Part shown: positions 38,022 through 48,987 of the stretch, in pieces
How positions within the stretch are numbered: the stretch's first letter is position 1
Layout: each line of letters opens with the position of its first letter
DNA from: Candidatus Latescibacterota bacterium
GTDB taxonomy: Bacteria > Latescibacterota > UBA2968 > GCA-2709665
NCBI GenBank assembly: GCA_965208835.1
Contig: OZ242358.1
Location: forward strand, 2,528,001-2,592,000
Direction of reading: 5' to 3'
DNA length: 64,000 bases
Notes under the pieces: generated by a model
What the model was told of the DNA's origin: nothing
Database searches by the model: none
The model's input: the letters and a program-made list of their open reading frames with translations, nothing else
Program-made: the position numbers and the translations under genes

Positions 38022-39794
38022 ATGAAGGTGGAACCCCCATCGAGAACTGAAAATTTCCGAAAGTTGCTCGAATTCGTCCGGCCGTACGCCGCGAGGCTGT
38101 CCGGCGCATTGGGCTTGACCGTGATGCTGGCGGTTCTGGGAATGTTGCCGCCACTGATCGTGATGTACATCGTCGACGAGGTTATCGTGAGCGGCCGATG
38201 GGAGATGCTGGAGATTATGGTTGCGTTGCTGGTCGCGGTTCCTGTGCTGACGGCTGGTTTGCGTGTTGCAAACGCGTTAACACTCGCGTACGCCGCTCAC
38301 CGATTGATCATGAATGTGCGCCTCTCGATGTACAGTCATGTGTTCCGGCTCGCCATGAGCTTTCATGACGAAATGGGCACTGGCAAAATCATGTCGCGGA
38401 TGATGGGGGACGTGGCAACCGTGCGACAGATGGTTACGATGCAGGTGCTGCGCACGGTGACGGACCTGATATCGATTGTAGCGGCGCTGGTAATCTGCTA
38501 CGGGCTGAACTGGAAACTCGCTCTGCTGATGACCATTCTGATGCCGCTGTACATTCTCAACTACAGGATCTTCGTAGGTCCGATCCGTACTTCCAGGCGC
38601 CGTTGGCGGCAGAAGATGGACGATGTGTCGGTCGGACTGCAGGAGCGGCTGAGCGGGGTACGGCTGGTAAAGGCCTACGGCCGCGAAAAACGCGAGGACA
38701 GGGCATTCGCGGAAGAAACCCGAGCCGGCATGGACTTCGCGATGCAGGCGGAAACGCATCGTGCCTCGGCGCGTTCCGGTTTCTGGGTGGTGTCAGGAAT
38801 CCGTAATACCCTGATTTTCTGTCTGGGATGCTATTTCGTCATTCAGGGGGAAATGACGTACGGCGGCGTTATGGCCTTTCTGGCGTACGCCATGCGGGTT
38901 TTCGAGCCTATTTTGAACCTGATGAACGTCGGTATACAATTCGAAGACATGATGGTTTCCGTAGATCGGATTTATGAGATCCTGGACCATCCGGTGGAGA
39001 TCCGCGACGCCCCCGATGCGCCGGACCTTCCCGCAGTCACGGGCCATGTCGTTTTTGAGAACGTGGGATTCGAGTACAAGGCCGGTGAGCCCGTTTTGGA
39101 GGATATCTGTCTTGACGTGCAACCGGGGCAGATGGTCGCTCTGGTCGGTCATACCGGATGCGGGAAAACGACGCTGACCAGCCTGTTGATGCGGTATTAC
39201 GATGTAACGGAAGGCGTAATACGCGTTGATGGACACGACATCCGGGAGGTGAAAGTCCGGTCCCTCCGAAGACAGGTCGGTCAGGTGCTGCAGGACTCCG
39301 TGCTCTTCGACGCGACGCTCAGGGAGAACCTTTGCTACGGCAGATCTGACGCGCCTGAACGGGACGTAATCGACGCGGCGCGCGTGGGTGAGATCCACGA
39401 GTTCGCGATGCGAACGCGGGATGGATACGATACCAGGGTGGGGGATGACGGCATCAAGCTCTCGGTCGGCGAAAAACAGAGGCTTTCCATCGCGCGGGCG
39501 GTGCTCACCCATCCCGGGATCCTTATACTGGACGAGGCGACTTCCTCGCTGGATTCTCTCTCGGAAGCCCTGATCCAGAAGGCAATGGCCAGTGTATTGA
39601 AGGGACGTACGTCGTTTGTCATCGCTCACAGGCTGTCCACCGTATTGGCTGCCGATTTAATCGTCGTTATGGATCAGGGAAAAATCGTTGAGCGGGGCAC
39701 ACACGACGTGTTGATGCGGATACCGCACGGAATTTACCGGCGTCTTGTCGACCAGCAGTTTGGAGACGTTGAATCCGGGATCGAGGAAGTCTGA
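38022..39794 (+). CDS. ABC exporter, fused permease/ATPase subunit
   Basis: TM domain; Walker A GHTGCGKTT; degenerate signature LSVGEKQR; ILDEATS; IAHRLST. Confidence 0.93.
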   Translation: MKVEPPSRTENFRKLLEFVRPYAARLSGALGLTVMLAVLGMLPPLIVMYIVDEVIVSGRWEMLEIMVALLVAVPVLTAGLRVANALTLAYAAHRLIMNVRLSMYSHVFRLAMSFHDEMGTGKIMSRMMGDVATVRQMVTMQVLRTVTDLISIVAALVICYGLNWKLALLMTILMPLYILNYRIFVGPIRTSRRRWRQKMDDVSVGLQERLSGVRLVKAYGREKREDRAFAEETRAGMDFAMQAETHRASARSGFWVVSGIRNTLIFCLGCYFVIQGEMTYGGVMAFLAYAMRVFEPILNLMNVGIQFEDMMVSVDRIYEILDHPVEIRDAPDAPDLPAVTGHVVFENVGFEYKAGEPVLEDICLDVQPGQMVALVGHTGCGKTTLTSLLMRYYDVTEGVIRVDGHDIREVKVRSLRRQVGQVLQDSVLFDATLRENLCYGRSDAPERDVIDAARVGEIHEFAMRTRDGYDTRVGDDGIKLSVGEKQRLSIARAVLTHPGILILDEATSSLDSLSEALIQKAMASVLKGRTSFVIAHRLSTVLAADLIVVMDQGKIVERGTHDVLMRIPHGIYRRLVDQQFGDVESGIEEV

Positions 39795-39840
39795 GTCGTG
39801 ATTGTATTACGTTCATTCGTCGTGCAGAAATGAACCTGGC

Positions 39841-41796
39841 ATGAATCCGTATCTCAAACGATTTGTGGCAAACTATATCCGTCCGTTCTGGATCCGGGTC
39901 GCACTGGTGATGGTGCTGGCGGGTATAACGGGATCCTATTTCTATATTCTGGGTTTCATCACCAAGACAACGGTGGACGACGTACTACAGATCCGGCCCG
40001 GGAGCATCGAAGACGCGGGTGCGGGCCCCGCCGACCCGGCACAGATACGGCCCCCGCACGGGACACAGGGTCAGAAAATCGGGCGTGACCCTCAGCGGGT
40101 CCTGCCGCATAGCTGGGACACGGATCGTCCGCAACCGACCAGAACCCGGTCGGAAAAGATCAAATGGCTCTGGGTCGTGTTTGGCGTCTATATGGTCGTG
40201 CGCCTACTGTTTGCCGGGTTGAACTGGTTCTTCAATTACAACATTGCGTTTGTGGGCAATCGGATCGTCTTTCGGGTACGGCTGGATCTGCACCAGAAGG
40301 TACAGAAACTGCAGATGGCTTTTTTCGACAGGAAACAGATCGGAAAGATCATGTCGCGCATTCTGGACGATGTACAATTGCTGCAAAGCGAGGTGACCAC
40401 GACCTTTGTCGAAACGATCGGCCATGCAGCCAAGATCCTGATCGGTATCGTGGTGTTGCTGCTGATCAACGTCGAGCTCGCCGTCTTCGCGCTGCTGGCG
40501 CTTCCACTCTACGTACTCACTTACCGGTTATTCCAGCGCCCATTATCAGAGACGTTCGCCAGGATGAGAGAAGCCTACGCCGACACGTACGGCACCCTGG
40601 AAGAACGGGTTCGAGGCGTTCGGGTTGTGTACTCATTTGCGAATGAACGCGCGGAACGAAGGTTGTTTTTCAGACGTCTCGCATCCATTTTCAGGCTGTC
40701 CGTGAGGAATTCGGTGCTGAACGCCAGTCTGCGCGCGGTCTGCGCGGCCATCAGCGCCGCGGCGGGCGCACTGATCCTGTATTGGGGGGCGTTGATGGTC
40801 CGCGACGGAAACATGACGGTGGGGGAGTTGATCTATTTCAATATGTCGCTTTCCAATCTGTTCATGCCCCTGGTTGCGCTTACCAATGTAAACGTGGTCA
40901 TCAGGCAGATGATCGTGGTCGTTTCCCGAGTGTTCGAAGTACTGGACGAGGAGATCTTGATTCGGGATCGTCCGGGAGCGATCAACCTGAAACATGTTCG
41001 TGGCCGCGTGGTATTCCGAAACGTATGGTTCCAATACAATGCCCTCGCGGACGCCGTAGTAAAGGATTTGACTTTCTCGGCCAGGCCGGGTACGTCCGTG
41101 GCGGTTGTGGGGCCTTCCGGGGCTGGAAAAAGCACGCTGTTGAGCCTGCTGCTGAGGCTCTATGAACCAACGCACGGGAGTATTCTGCTGGACGACTACA
41201 ACCTCCGGGACCTCCGTCTGTCGTGCATCCGGAGGCACGTCAGCATGGTGCCGCAGGAACCCGTACTGTTCTCGGGCACGATCTCGCAGAATATCGTGTA
41301 CGGAAGGGATGGCGCGACGCCGGATCAGATCATGGAGGCCGCCAGGCGCGCTGAGTTGCATGACTTCATTATGAGCCAGCCGGAGAAATACGAAGCCCGT
41401 GTCGAGGAAGGCGGCAGCAATCTGTCCGGGGGTCAAAAACAGCGCCTGGCGTTGGCAATGGCGATCCTGACCGACCCGGCGATCCTGATCCTGGACGATA
41501 CCACATCGGCGCTGGATGCCGGTACCGAGGCGCGAATCCAGAAGACTCTGGATCAGGTTATGGACGGAAGGACGACATTCGTAATCACACACCGGATTTC
41601 AACGGCCGCCCGCGCCGACAGGATCCTGGTACTCGAGAATGGACGAATGGCCGGATGGGGGACCCACGAGGAACTGCTGTCTCAGGGCGGGGTATACAGT
41701 CGGCTGAACGACGAGCAGCAGAGTCCGGCCGCGGTGCATGCAGGATTGACCGAAGGCGGCGCCGGCGGGCAGACCGGTGAGAACACCATTAACTGA
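39841..41796 (+). CDS. ABC exporter, fused permease/ATPase subunit (heterodimer partner)
   Basis: Walker A GPSGAGKST; LSGGQKQR; degenerate Walker B ILDDTTS; ITHRIST. Confidence 0.93.
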   Translation: MNPYLKRFVANYIRPFWIRVALVMVLAGITGSYFYILGFITKTTVDDVLQIRPGSIEDAGAGPADPAQIRPPHGTQGQKIGRDPQRVLPHSWDTDRPQPTRTRSEKIKWLWVVFGVYMVVRLLFAGLNWFFNYNIAFVGNRIVFRVRLDLHQKVQKLQMAFFDRKQIGKIMSRILDDVQLLQSEVTTTFVETIGHAAKILIGIVVLLLINVELAVFALLALPLYVLTYRLFQRPLSETFARMREAYADTYGTLEERVRGVRVVYSFANERAERRLFFRRLASIFRLSVRNSVLNASLRAVCAAISAAAGALILYWGALMVRDGNMTVGELIYFNMSLSNLFMPLVALTNVNVVIRQMIVVVSRVFEVLDEEILIRDRPGAINLKHVRGRVVFRNVWFQYNALADAVVKDLTFSARPGTSVAVVGPSGAGKSTLLSLLLRLYEPTHGSILLDDYNLRDLRLSCIRRHVSMVPQEPVLFSGTISQNIVYGRDGATPDQIMEAARRAELHDFIMSQPEKYEARVEEGGSNLSGGQKQRLALAMAILTDPAILILDDTTSALDAGTEARIQKTLDQVMDGRTTFVITHRISTAARADRILVLENGRMAGWGTHEELLSQGGVYSRLNDEQQSPAAVHAGLTEGGAGGQTGENTIN

Positions 41797-41873
41797 AGAT
41801 GAAGGGTTGTAAAGGATGGGAGAGTCAGGCGGGAACGCAGGCAACGCGCAGTGACGATATGTCCGGGCCGTGC

Positions 41874-42647
41874 TTAATCGTTAACCGTTTGGAGGCGCTG
41901 GAGAAGCGTCTCGTCTTCTCCACTGTATTTCTTGATGCACAGATCGCAATCCGGACAGGGCCGGTTGTAGCAGTTCTTATGCACCCTGATCGGATATTGA
42001 CCCTGAAAAGCCTCCGAACAGTGTTTCGAGCAGAACACGTACCGGTCCTGAAAGCTGCCGAATGCGGCGTAGGAAACAATCACGTCCTCTTCGGCCAGCG
42101 TCAGGCTCTTTTCACACCAGCTGCAGATACCGGCCTGCTCGCGTGCGCGGGCCGTTCGCTTTTTTTCGATTTCCTCGTCGGACCAGACGTATTCTATGTG
42201 CTGGACGTTGTCTTTGGTGACTTTTGCGCGCACCACGCCGTCCGTAATCCCCAGGATATAGTCGCCCTGGGTGTCGAACGTGGTGCCGCACTCTATGTTG
42301 CGACCTGTTTTGAGGTGTATAATGGACTTGCCCTCTTCCGGCGAGATGAACGAAAACCAGCCGCAGCTTGCGCAGACACTGGTAAAGAGAAACTGCCGCG
42401 TTTTTTGGCCGCATGCCGGACAACGGCCTTCCTCCATCATCCTGATGTCCTGGAGCGTGGTTTTTGCGGCCTTCCTGACGGCAGCGTCGATCTCCTCCAT
42501 CGTTTCGTCGAGATCGTCCGTGTCCTTCTCGGAAAGCAGATGCATCGCCTCTTCTACTTCTTCCGTCTGACCCTCGATAACGATCTGTTTCTCGCGGCTC
42601 GAAGCGGGGTTTTCTTCCTCGTCACGCTTGAAGATGCCCTTAAGCAT
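41874..42647 (-). CDS. Cys-rich hypothetical protein (multiple zinc-ribbon/Fe-S-like motifs)
   Basis: CPACG, CASCG, CSWC, FCSKHC and CYNRPCPDCDLC; acidic N-terminus. Confidence 0.7.
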   Translation of the reverse strand: MLKGIFKRDEEENPASSREKQIVIEGQTEEVEEAMHLLSEKDTDDLDETMEEIDAAVRKAAKTTLQDIRMMEEGRCPACGQKTRQFLFTSVCASCGWFSFISPEEGKSIIHLKTGRNIECGTTFDTQGDYILGITDGVVRAKVTKDNVQHIEYVWSDEEIEKKRTARAREQAGICSWCEKSLTLAEEDVIVSYAAFGSFQDRYVFCSKHCSEAFQGQYPIRVHKNCYNRPCPDCDLCIKKYSGEDETLLQRLQTVND

Positions 42648-42864
42648 ATGGCTTCACCCGAATATAAAGGTCGTCCTGGACGTTGTGTTTGCAGGCGGAC
42701 AGGAGCTCACTGACTATTTCCGATACAGGCCCTGAATCTTGCCTTTATTGCCTCCCGAGCGTGCTTGAAACAGGACGGATCCAGGACTTCGACACACTGG
42801 TACAAATATAACGACGGACTGCCGATAAGTCAATCTCCCGGTTGCGAATGTCATTTCGCAGGAA

Positions 42865-43635
42865 TCAAAGGCGCCGAATGTGAAAGCCTCCGTCTACCGG
42901 GATCGCGGCGCCGGTTGTAAAGTCGAAATAACCCAGTGCAACCGCGGCGACGGCCTTCCCGACGTCTTCGGGCAGACCCCAGCGCCGGATCGGCGTAAGG
43001 CCTTCGGCGATTCGCCGGTCGTATATCTCTCTGACCGGCTCCGTCATATCCGTTTTGATGATGCCGGGCTGGATTTCGTTAACGGTGATTCCGTGTTCCG
43101 CCAATCTGACCGCGAAGAGTGTTGTCATCATGCTGAGGCCCGCCTTGGAGACGCAATACTCGCCCCTGGATGTGGAGCTTGCAAAGGCCGAGATCGACGT
43201 GACGTTTACGATTCTGGCTTTCGGCACGATCTCGCTCCTGGTGAGCTGAATCATATGACCGGCCGCAATCTGGGTCAGGAAGTAGGGCCCCTTGAGGTTG
43301 GTGTCAAGAACCTCATTGAAACTCTCGGGCGTCGTTTCAAGAATATCCGTGCGGGTCCGCGGGGCGATGCCGGCGTTGTTTACGAGCAGGTCTAAACGGC
43401 CGAACGCATCCAGGGTGAATTCGACAAGGCGTCGGCTGTCCTCGGGAACCGCGACAGACGCCCCGCAGATGCGCGGCCGGCGATTCCTTCTCCGGACCTC
43501 GTCGGCGGTCTGCTTTGCGGCCGCCCGGTTTCTTTCGTAGTTGACGACGATGTCATAACCGGCGTCGGCCAGACAACAGGCGATGGCCCGGCCGATTCCC
43601 CTGCTCGAGCCCGTTACGAGTGCGACTGGCGCCAT
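42865..43635 (-). CDS. SDR family oxidoreductase
   Basis: VTGSSRGIG, LVNNAG, YCVSK and PGIIKTDMT. Confidence 0.92.
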   Translation of the reverse strand: MAPVALVTGSSRGIGRAIACCLADAGYDIVVNYERNRAAAKQTADEVRRRNRRPRICGASVAVPEDSRRLVEFTLDAFGRLDLLVNNAGIAPRTRTDILETTPESFNEVLDTNLKGPYFLTQIAAGHMIQLTRSEIVPKARIVNVTSISAFASSTSRGEYCVSKAGLSMMTTLFAVRLAEHGITVNEIQPGIIKTDMTEPVREIYDRRIAEGLTPIRRWGLPEDVGKAVAAVALGYFDFTTGAAIPVDGGFHIRRL

Positions 43636-44046
43636 GATGGATTCCTGTCTATCTTCTTCGGAAGACACTGCGGGCTCCGTGCGATACGAAATAACCCGGT
43701 GTTTCCGGCATTGGCATTATTTCTGTGCCGCAGCTGCGTCGAAATCCGACTCAGGAATCGGATTCCGGGTAAAACACTTTGGGTCCGGAATTCCCGCGTA
43801 CCCATTATAAAGATAGGAATTTCCCGGCTCCGGTGCGGATTTTTTGCAAAATTGCAAAAGACTGGCACGCCCGGTGCCACCGAGGCGGCGCGAGGGGAGG
43901 GGCGTCCTGACAGGGCATGTTTCAGGTTTCGCATCAAGGGTCTGCGCTCGGAAGGGGTCCTCAATCCGAGCCTCTCAGGGCATGGATGTATCCATGAATA
44001 ACGCAGGAAGCAAGTCTCGGGAACATCATCACAAGGGAGGCGGATT

Positions 44047-44817
44047 GTGGGAAATCACAAATCGGGACGCGTCGCGGGTCAGGTGGCCATTGTAACGGGG
44101 GCGGCTTCGGGTATCGGTGAGAGTACGGCGAATCTGCTGGCCTCTGAAGGCGCCCGGGTAACCGTGGCGGACGTGGACGTGACGGGCGGTTTACAAACTG
44201 TGGACCGAATTGCCGCCAACGGTGGAGAGGCGGTCTTTGTCGAAGCCGACGTGAGCGATGCAGCGCAGGTGCGCCGGATGGTCGTGGAGACCGACAAGGC
44301 GTTCGGCAGGCTGGATATACTCCACAACAACGCGATCTGGTATCGAAATGCGCCTGCCACGGAACTGGAGGAATCCGTCTGGGACAGGACGTTGAATACG
44401 GGATTGAAAGCGATCTATCTGGCCGCCAAGTACGCGATACCGTCCATGTTGAGGACGGGCGGCGGGTCGATCGTCAACACGGGTTCGGTACACTCACTGG
44501 TGGGGTTCGAGACCAACACGGCCTATGATGCCGCCAAGGCCGGCGTGCTGGGCATTACCCGGGTCCTGGCGCTGGATTACGGGCCCGCAATCCGCGTAAA
44601 TGCCGTGCTTCCCGGAGCGATTCAGACGCCGCTCTGGGATCGGGTTGGCGTCCCCGCCGATGAACGGCAAAGGTTGGCCGAAATGGTGCCGGCGAAACGG
44701 GTCGGCACACCTGCCGACATCGCGTCCGCCGTACTCTTCCTGGCGTCCGACGCGTCGTCGTTCATTACGGGCACCTCGCTCGTGGTGGATGGTGGATTGC
44801 TGGCACGTACGATGTAA
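44047..44817 (+). CDS. SDR family oxidoreductase
   Basis: GGGAGG SD; VTGAASGIG, ILHNNA, AYDAAK, IRVNAVLPG and VDGG. Confidence 0.92.
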   Translation: MGNHKSGRVAGQVAIVTGAASGIGESTANLLASEGARVTVADVDVTGGLQTVDRIAANGGEAVFVEADVSDAAQVRRMVVETDKAFGRLDILHNNAIWYRNAPATELEESVWDRTLNTGLKAIYLAAKYAIPSMLRTGGGSIVNTGSVHSLVGFETNTAYDAAKAGVLGITRVLALDYGPAIRVNAVLPGAIQTPLWDRVGVPADERQRLAEMVPAKRVGTPADIASAVLFLASDASSFITGTSLVVDGGLLARTM

Positions 44818-44864
44818 ACGGTAGACCTGGCGTATGAACGACACACTACGCCGGGCGCTACCGG

Positions 44865-46598
44865 TCATGGGTCGGTACGCGTTCGTGAGTTCCGCAGCCT
44901 TGTTGTCGCCGCTCTGTCGATTTCAAGCACATCCGGTCTGATCACAATACCGTAGTCCGCTTCTGCAGCCTCCCTGCGGTAATACCCTCGCCTCACGTCT
45001 TCCAGGATGGCTTCATCCGATCGCGAGTCGGGCGCGCCGTGTCCGCCGCCGCCCGGGGTTTCGAGGCGGAGTCGGTCCCCTTCGACCATATGGACGCCCT
45101 CGTCCTTGGTGATGTGCGGTGGCCGGTACGCCTTGCCCCGCAGTGTAAAGGTGTGCTCGGCGGGTCTGCCCGGTTTGCCGCCAAGTACACCGAATGGCCG
45201 GAACCGACCCCGGTCTCCAAGGAGCGAGGCGCTGGCCTCGCCGCGTCTGAGCATAAATTCGAGTACCACGCCGAACCCGCCCCTGCGACACCCGGGACCG
45301 CCGGAGTCCTCGCGCAGGGCGTAGGTTTCGAAGAGTACCGGATACCTGGACTCGAAGATTTCCAGCGCCTGGGTGCGGGCGACCGCGATGGTGGGATTGC
45401 CGTTGGTGAGCCCGTCTGTCAGATAATTGCCGCCATAACCCCCGCCTATAAACGAATAGAAGACGAAATATCCCCTTTCCGGATCGTCACCGCCAACGGA
45501 GAGATTGGTGACAGTACCCATGGGGCCGGCGTAGCAGCGGTCCGGCAGGGCCTGGCTCATTGCGCCCAGGACAGCGTCGATCATTCGCTGACAGACTTCG
45601 GCTGCGCAGCCGGAGACGGGGCGCGGCGGCAGGGCGTGCAGGAACGTGGTGGAAGGAATATTGAAGGAAAAGGGTTTGAAACAACCTCTGTTGATGGGCA
45701 CGTTGGGGAAAAAATGCTTGAAGGCAATAAAGACACCCGCCATTGTCGTACTCAATACACTGTTAAGCGGCCCTCGGCAGGCCGGGCTGCTTTCCGAGAG
45801 GTCGATGTGAACGCTGTCGCCGTCAACAGTCATTTCGAGATGGATGTGTAACGGCCTCCAGTCCACGCCGTCACTGTCCATGTATTCGTCAAAGGCGTAA
45901 CAACCGTCGGGAATGGTGCTTATGTGTTTCCGCATCATCTTCTCGGAACGAAGCTCCAGTTCGCTGACGACCTCGAATACGGTCGCTTCGCCGTAGCGAT
46001 CCAACAATGCCGTCAGCCGATCTGCGCCGAGATTCAGCGATGCCACCTGGGCGATGATGTCGCCCTGACGTTCGCCGGGTACGCGAACGTTGTGCAGGAT
46101 GACGTCGACCACAGCCTGATTAAGCCTGCCTTCGTCCATGAGCTTGAGAGGAGGCAGCCGCAAGCCTTCCTGAAATACCTCCGTGGCCTTCGTCGAGAAC
46201 CCGCCGGGAACCCGCCCGCCAATGTCAGGCCAGTGCCCGCTGTTTGCCAGGTAGAACGCGAGTTTGTCTCGATAGAAGAAAGGTTTGATCAACTTTACGT
46301 CCATCAGATGCGTGCCGCCGAGGTACGGGTCGTTGACAATGTAGACGTCCCCCTCGACGGGCTCATTGAAGTGGGCGATGGTTGAACGCACGGTGTGCTG
46401 CATCACGCATATGAAGTTCGGCAGGCCGCGTGGCCCCTGTACGATGACGGCCCCGTCGTTTGACGCATAGATGCCGCTGGCCCGGTCGAAGCCGTCTGAA
46501 ATCACCGGCGAGAAGGCCATGCGTTCCAGCGTGGCATCCATTTCATCGGCGATCTGTTCCAGGCTGCCGCGGATTACAGCCAGAGTGATCGGATCCAT
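44865..46598 (-). CDS. Hydantoinase B/oxoprolinase family subunit
   Basis: MDPITLAVI...IADEM...AFSPVI, NDPYLGGTHL.D, HWPDIGG, QEGLRLPP, DSGGPG.RRGG and TPGGGG.G. Confidence 0.93.
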   Translation of the reverse strand: MDPITLAVIRGSLEQIADEMDATLERMAFSPVISDGFDRASGIYASNDGAVIVQGPRGLPNFICVMQHTVRSTIAHFNEPVEGDVYIVNDPYLGGTHLMDVKLIKPFFYRDKLAFYLANSGHWPDIGGRVPGGFSTKATEVFQEGLRLPPLKLMDEGRLNQAVVDVILHNVRVPGERQGDIIAQVASLNLGADRLTALLDRYGEATVFEVVSELELRSEKMMRKHISTIPDGCYAFDEYMDSDGVDWRPLHIHLEMTVDGDSVHIDLSESSPACRGPLNSVLSTTMAGVFIAFKHFFPNVPINRGCFKPFSFNIPSTTFLHALPPRPVSGCAAEVCQRMIDAVLGAMSQALPDRCYAGPMGTVTNLSVGGDDPERGYFVFYSFIGGGYGGNYLTDGLTNGNPTIAVARTQALEIFESRYPVLFETYALREDSGGPGCRRGGFGVVLEFMLRRGEASASLLGDRGRFRPFGVLGGKPGRPAEHTFTLRGKAYRPPHITKDEGVHMVEGDRLRLETPGGGGHGAPDSRSDEAILEDVRRGYYRREAAEADYGIVIRPDVLEIDRAATTRLRNSRTRTDP

Positions 46599-46644
46599 TT
46601 CGAAGTTGCTCCAGATTGCGATTGAAACGTGCCGCGGCCGAACG

Positions 46645-48735
46645 TCAGCGCTGCCTGCTGTGTGTCCGCCGGTTTGATTCGACGAGGAAGGTACCGCCGT
46701 CCAACACGCTGGCGCGGAGGAAAGGATCCAGCCAGACGGTCGTGTCGGACTGCTCGATCACCGCCGGTCCGGAGAGTTCGGTGCCCCAGGGAATTCTGGA
46801 ACGCTCGTAGGTCGGGCATGCAACGAACGCGTCTTCAACCCAGACGTCGCGGCTGCCTTTGTACGCCTGTTCCAGCGTGGTCGCCGGCGGTGTCAGCATT
46901 GAGCCCAGAGATCGGTGTTTCCTTACACCGATAATGGTGGTCCGCAGGTTCAGCAGTCGAACGGGAATGCCGTCCAGCAGCGCTTCCAGACGGCCGAAGC
47001 CGCTGTGTGCGCTTCCGTATCGGCGGAGGTACGAGGCTCTGAACCTCGTCGCGATGCGCTCCGGACTCGTATCGTTGTCCGGCAACGGAGTGCGGATGAC
47101 GTGGGTCTGACCCTCGTACGCGATGTCCGCTTCACGGAGAAGGTGAATATGGCTGAGCGGCAGGGCAACCTGCTTCAGGAACGCGTTCCCGCGCGACTGG
47201 TCGTCGTCGAAGATCCGCCTGATTTCTGTCTCGTCGAGGTCATCGAGGCGGCGGTTGACCATCGTTACGTAGTCGCGCTTCACGTCCGCGATTGCGCAGC
47301 CCCATGCAGATGCGATACCCGGAAGATAGGGGACAAGACCCCTGGGAATACCGAGTTCATCCATTAGAAACCCGGCCAGGAGAGGGCCGCTTCCTCCAAA
47401 TGCGAACAGGGTGAAGTCTCCGGGGTCCCGGCCACGATCGATGGAGATCCGGCGGAGGCTGCCGGCAATGCGGTTGTTGGATACGGCGACGATCGCCCGC
47501 GCGGCTTCTTCGGCCGAGAGCCCAAGCGGCCCGGCGACGTGTTCCTCCAGCGCAACCCTGGCTTTCGGCAGGTCAAAGGAGAAACCCTCGCGTCCCCCGA
47601 TCGGGTACTCCGGGTTGATTCGACCCAGCACGAGATTCGCATCGGTAAGCGTTGGCAGGCGGCCGCCGCGACCGTAACTCGCCGGACCCGGATCCGCGCC
47701 GGCGCTGTCCGGGCCAACCTGAAGGATGCCTCCGTCGTCGATGCGCGCGATGCTGCCGCCGCCGGCGCCAACGGTCTGGATGTCGACCATGGAGAGAAGG
47801 ATCGGAATGCCGAAATCAAGCTCCGTGCCATCGGCCTGAACCGGGATGCCATCGGTGACCAGAGATACGTCCAGGCTGGTTCCCCCCATATCGTAGGCGA
47901 TGAGATTTCGGACTTCGTTCTCGGCAGCGATGGCCGTCGCCGCGATGACGCCCGCCGCGGGCCCCGACAACACCGTCTGAACGGCGTATCTTCCCGCTTC
48001 GCCGGCAGGGATCATGCCGCCGTTGGATTGCATGACGAGCAGATGGGTCCTGTATCCCCGGCGCTCCAGGCTGCGTTCCAGGTTGGCCAGATATCGGCTG
48101 ACGACGGGTTGGACGTACGCGTTGACGACGGCCGTGCTGGTGCGTTCGAATTCACGAATCAGAGGAAGGACCTCCGCGGACGCAACCACGTAAATTTCCG
48201 GATAGCGGTTCTCTATAAGCGATTTCGCCCTTCGTTCGTGGATCGGGTTGGCGTACGCGTTCATAAACGAAATGACGATCGCGTCGACGCGTTCAGCCGT
48301 GAGCCTCTCCGCGCACGACAGGACTTCGTCCTCGTCGAGCGGAACAAGCACTTCGCCCTCCGCCGAGATTCGCTCGGTTACTTCCAGCCGGCGGTCGCGC
48401 GGAACCAGAGGTTCGTAGGTTCCGGTAAGCCCGTAGAGATAAGGCCGGTCGCGCCTCCGGAGTTCCAGGATATCCCGAAACCCCCTGGTGGCGATCAGAC
48501 CGCATCGTCCGCCCTTACGCTCGAGGACGGCGTTCGTCGCCACGGTGGTTCCGTGAATGACGAGTTCGATTCCGCGGTCCGCCTGCCCGAGGGCGCCTAT
48601 CCCCTCGATCAGCCCTCTCGATGGATCATCCGGGGTCGTCGGTACTTTCCTGACGATCAGGTGCGGCCCCGAATCATCCAGAATCAGGATGTCCGTAAAG
48701 GTGCCACCGATATCGACGCCGGCAATTCTGGACAT
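46645..48735 (-). CDS. Hydantoinase A/oxoprolinase family subunit
   Basis: GVDIGGTFTD, HGTTVATNA, REFERTST, SGPAAG, DMGGTS and GAGGGS...VGPDSAGADPGP. Confidence 0.93.
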   Translation of the reverse strand: MSRIAGVDIGGTFTDILILDDSGPHLIVRKVPTTPDDPSRGLIEGIGALGQADRGIELVIHGTTVATNAVLERKGGRCGLIATRGFRDILELRRRDRPYLYGLTGTYEPLVPRDRRLEVTERISAEGEVLVPLDEDEVLSCAERLTAERVDAIVISFMNAYANPIHERRAKSLIENRYPEIYVVASAEVLPLIREFERTSTAVVNAYVQPVVSRYLANLERSLERRGYRTHLLVMQSNGGMIPAGEAGRYAVQTVLSGPAAGVIAATAIAAENEVRNLIAYDMGGTSLDVSLVTDGIPVQADGTELDFGIPILLSMVDIQTVGAGGGSIARIDDGGILQVGPDSAGADPGPASYGRGGRLPTLTDANLVLGRINPEYPIGGREGFSFDLPKARVALEEHVAGPLGLSAEEAARAIVAVSNNRIAGSLRRISIDRGRDPGDFTLFAFGGSGPLLAGFLMDELGIPRGLVPYLPGIASAWGCAIADVKRDYVTMVNRRLDDLDETEIRRIFDDDQSRGNAFLKQVALPLSHIHLLREADIAYEGQTHVIRTPLPDNDTSPERIATRFRASYLRRYGSAHSGFGRLEALLDGIPVRLLNLRTTIIGVRKHRSLGSMLTPPATTLEQAYKGSRDVWVEDAFVACPTYERSRIPWGTELSGPAVIEQSDTTVWLDPFLRASVLDGGTFLVESNRRTHSRQR

Positions 48736-48739
48736 TGAA

Positions 48740-48757
48740 TAGCAGTCCGTTGAAAAA
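48740..48757. repeat. Solo terminal repeat of family B element
   Basis: TAGCAGTCCGTTGAAAAA matches both TIRs of the 7168-7328 element; no clear partner end. Confidence 0.45.
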
Positions 48758-48987
48758 GCTGCTCTGCAGGGTGACGGAAATTGAAAACTGAACGGCAGTC
48801 AGAACTTAGACGTTCCGCCGGTGCGCGTCAACTCAAAAAAGGGACAAACGCGCCCAAACCGGACGGGGCGACATCCGAAAGCCGCCCGCGCGCCTATTCA
48901 ATCTTGACCGGACCGTAAACATCCCTTAGATTTGAGGCGATTTGTCCGGGGATCGATTTCACATCCGGCACACCGAAAGGAAACCCG

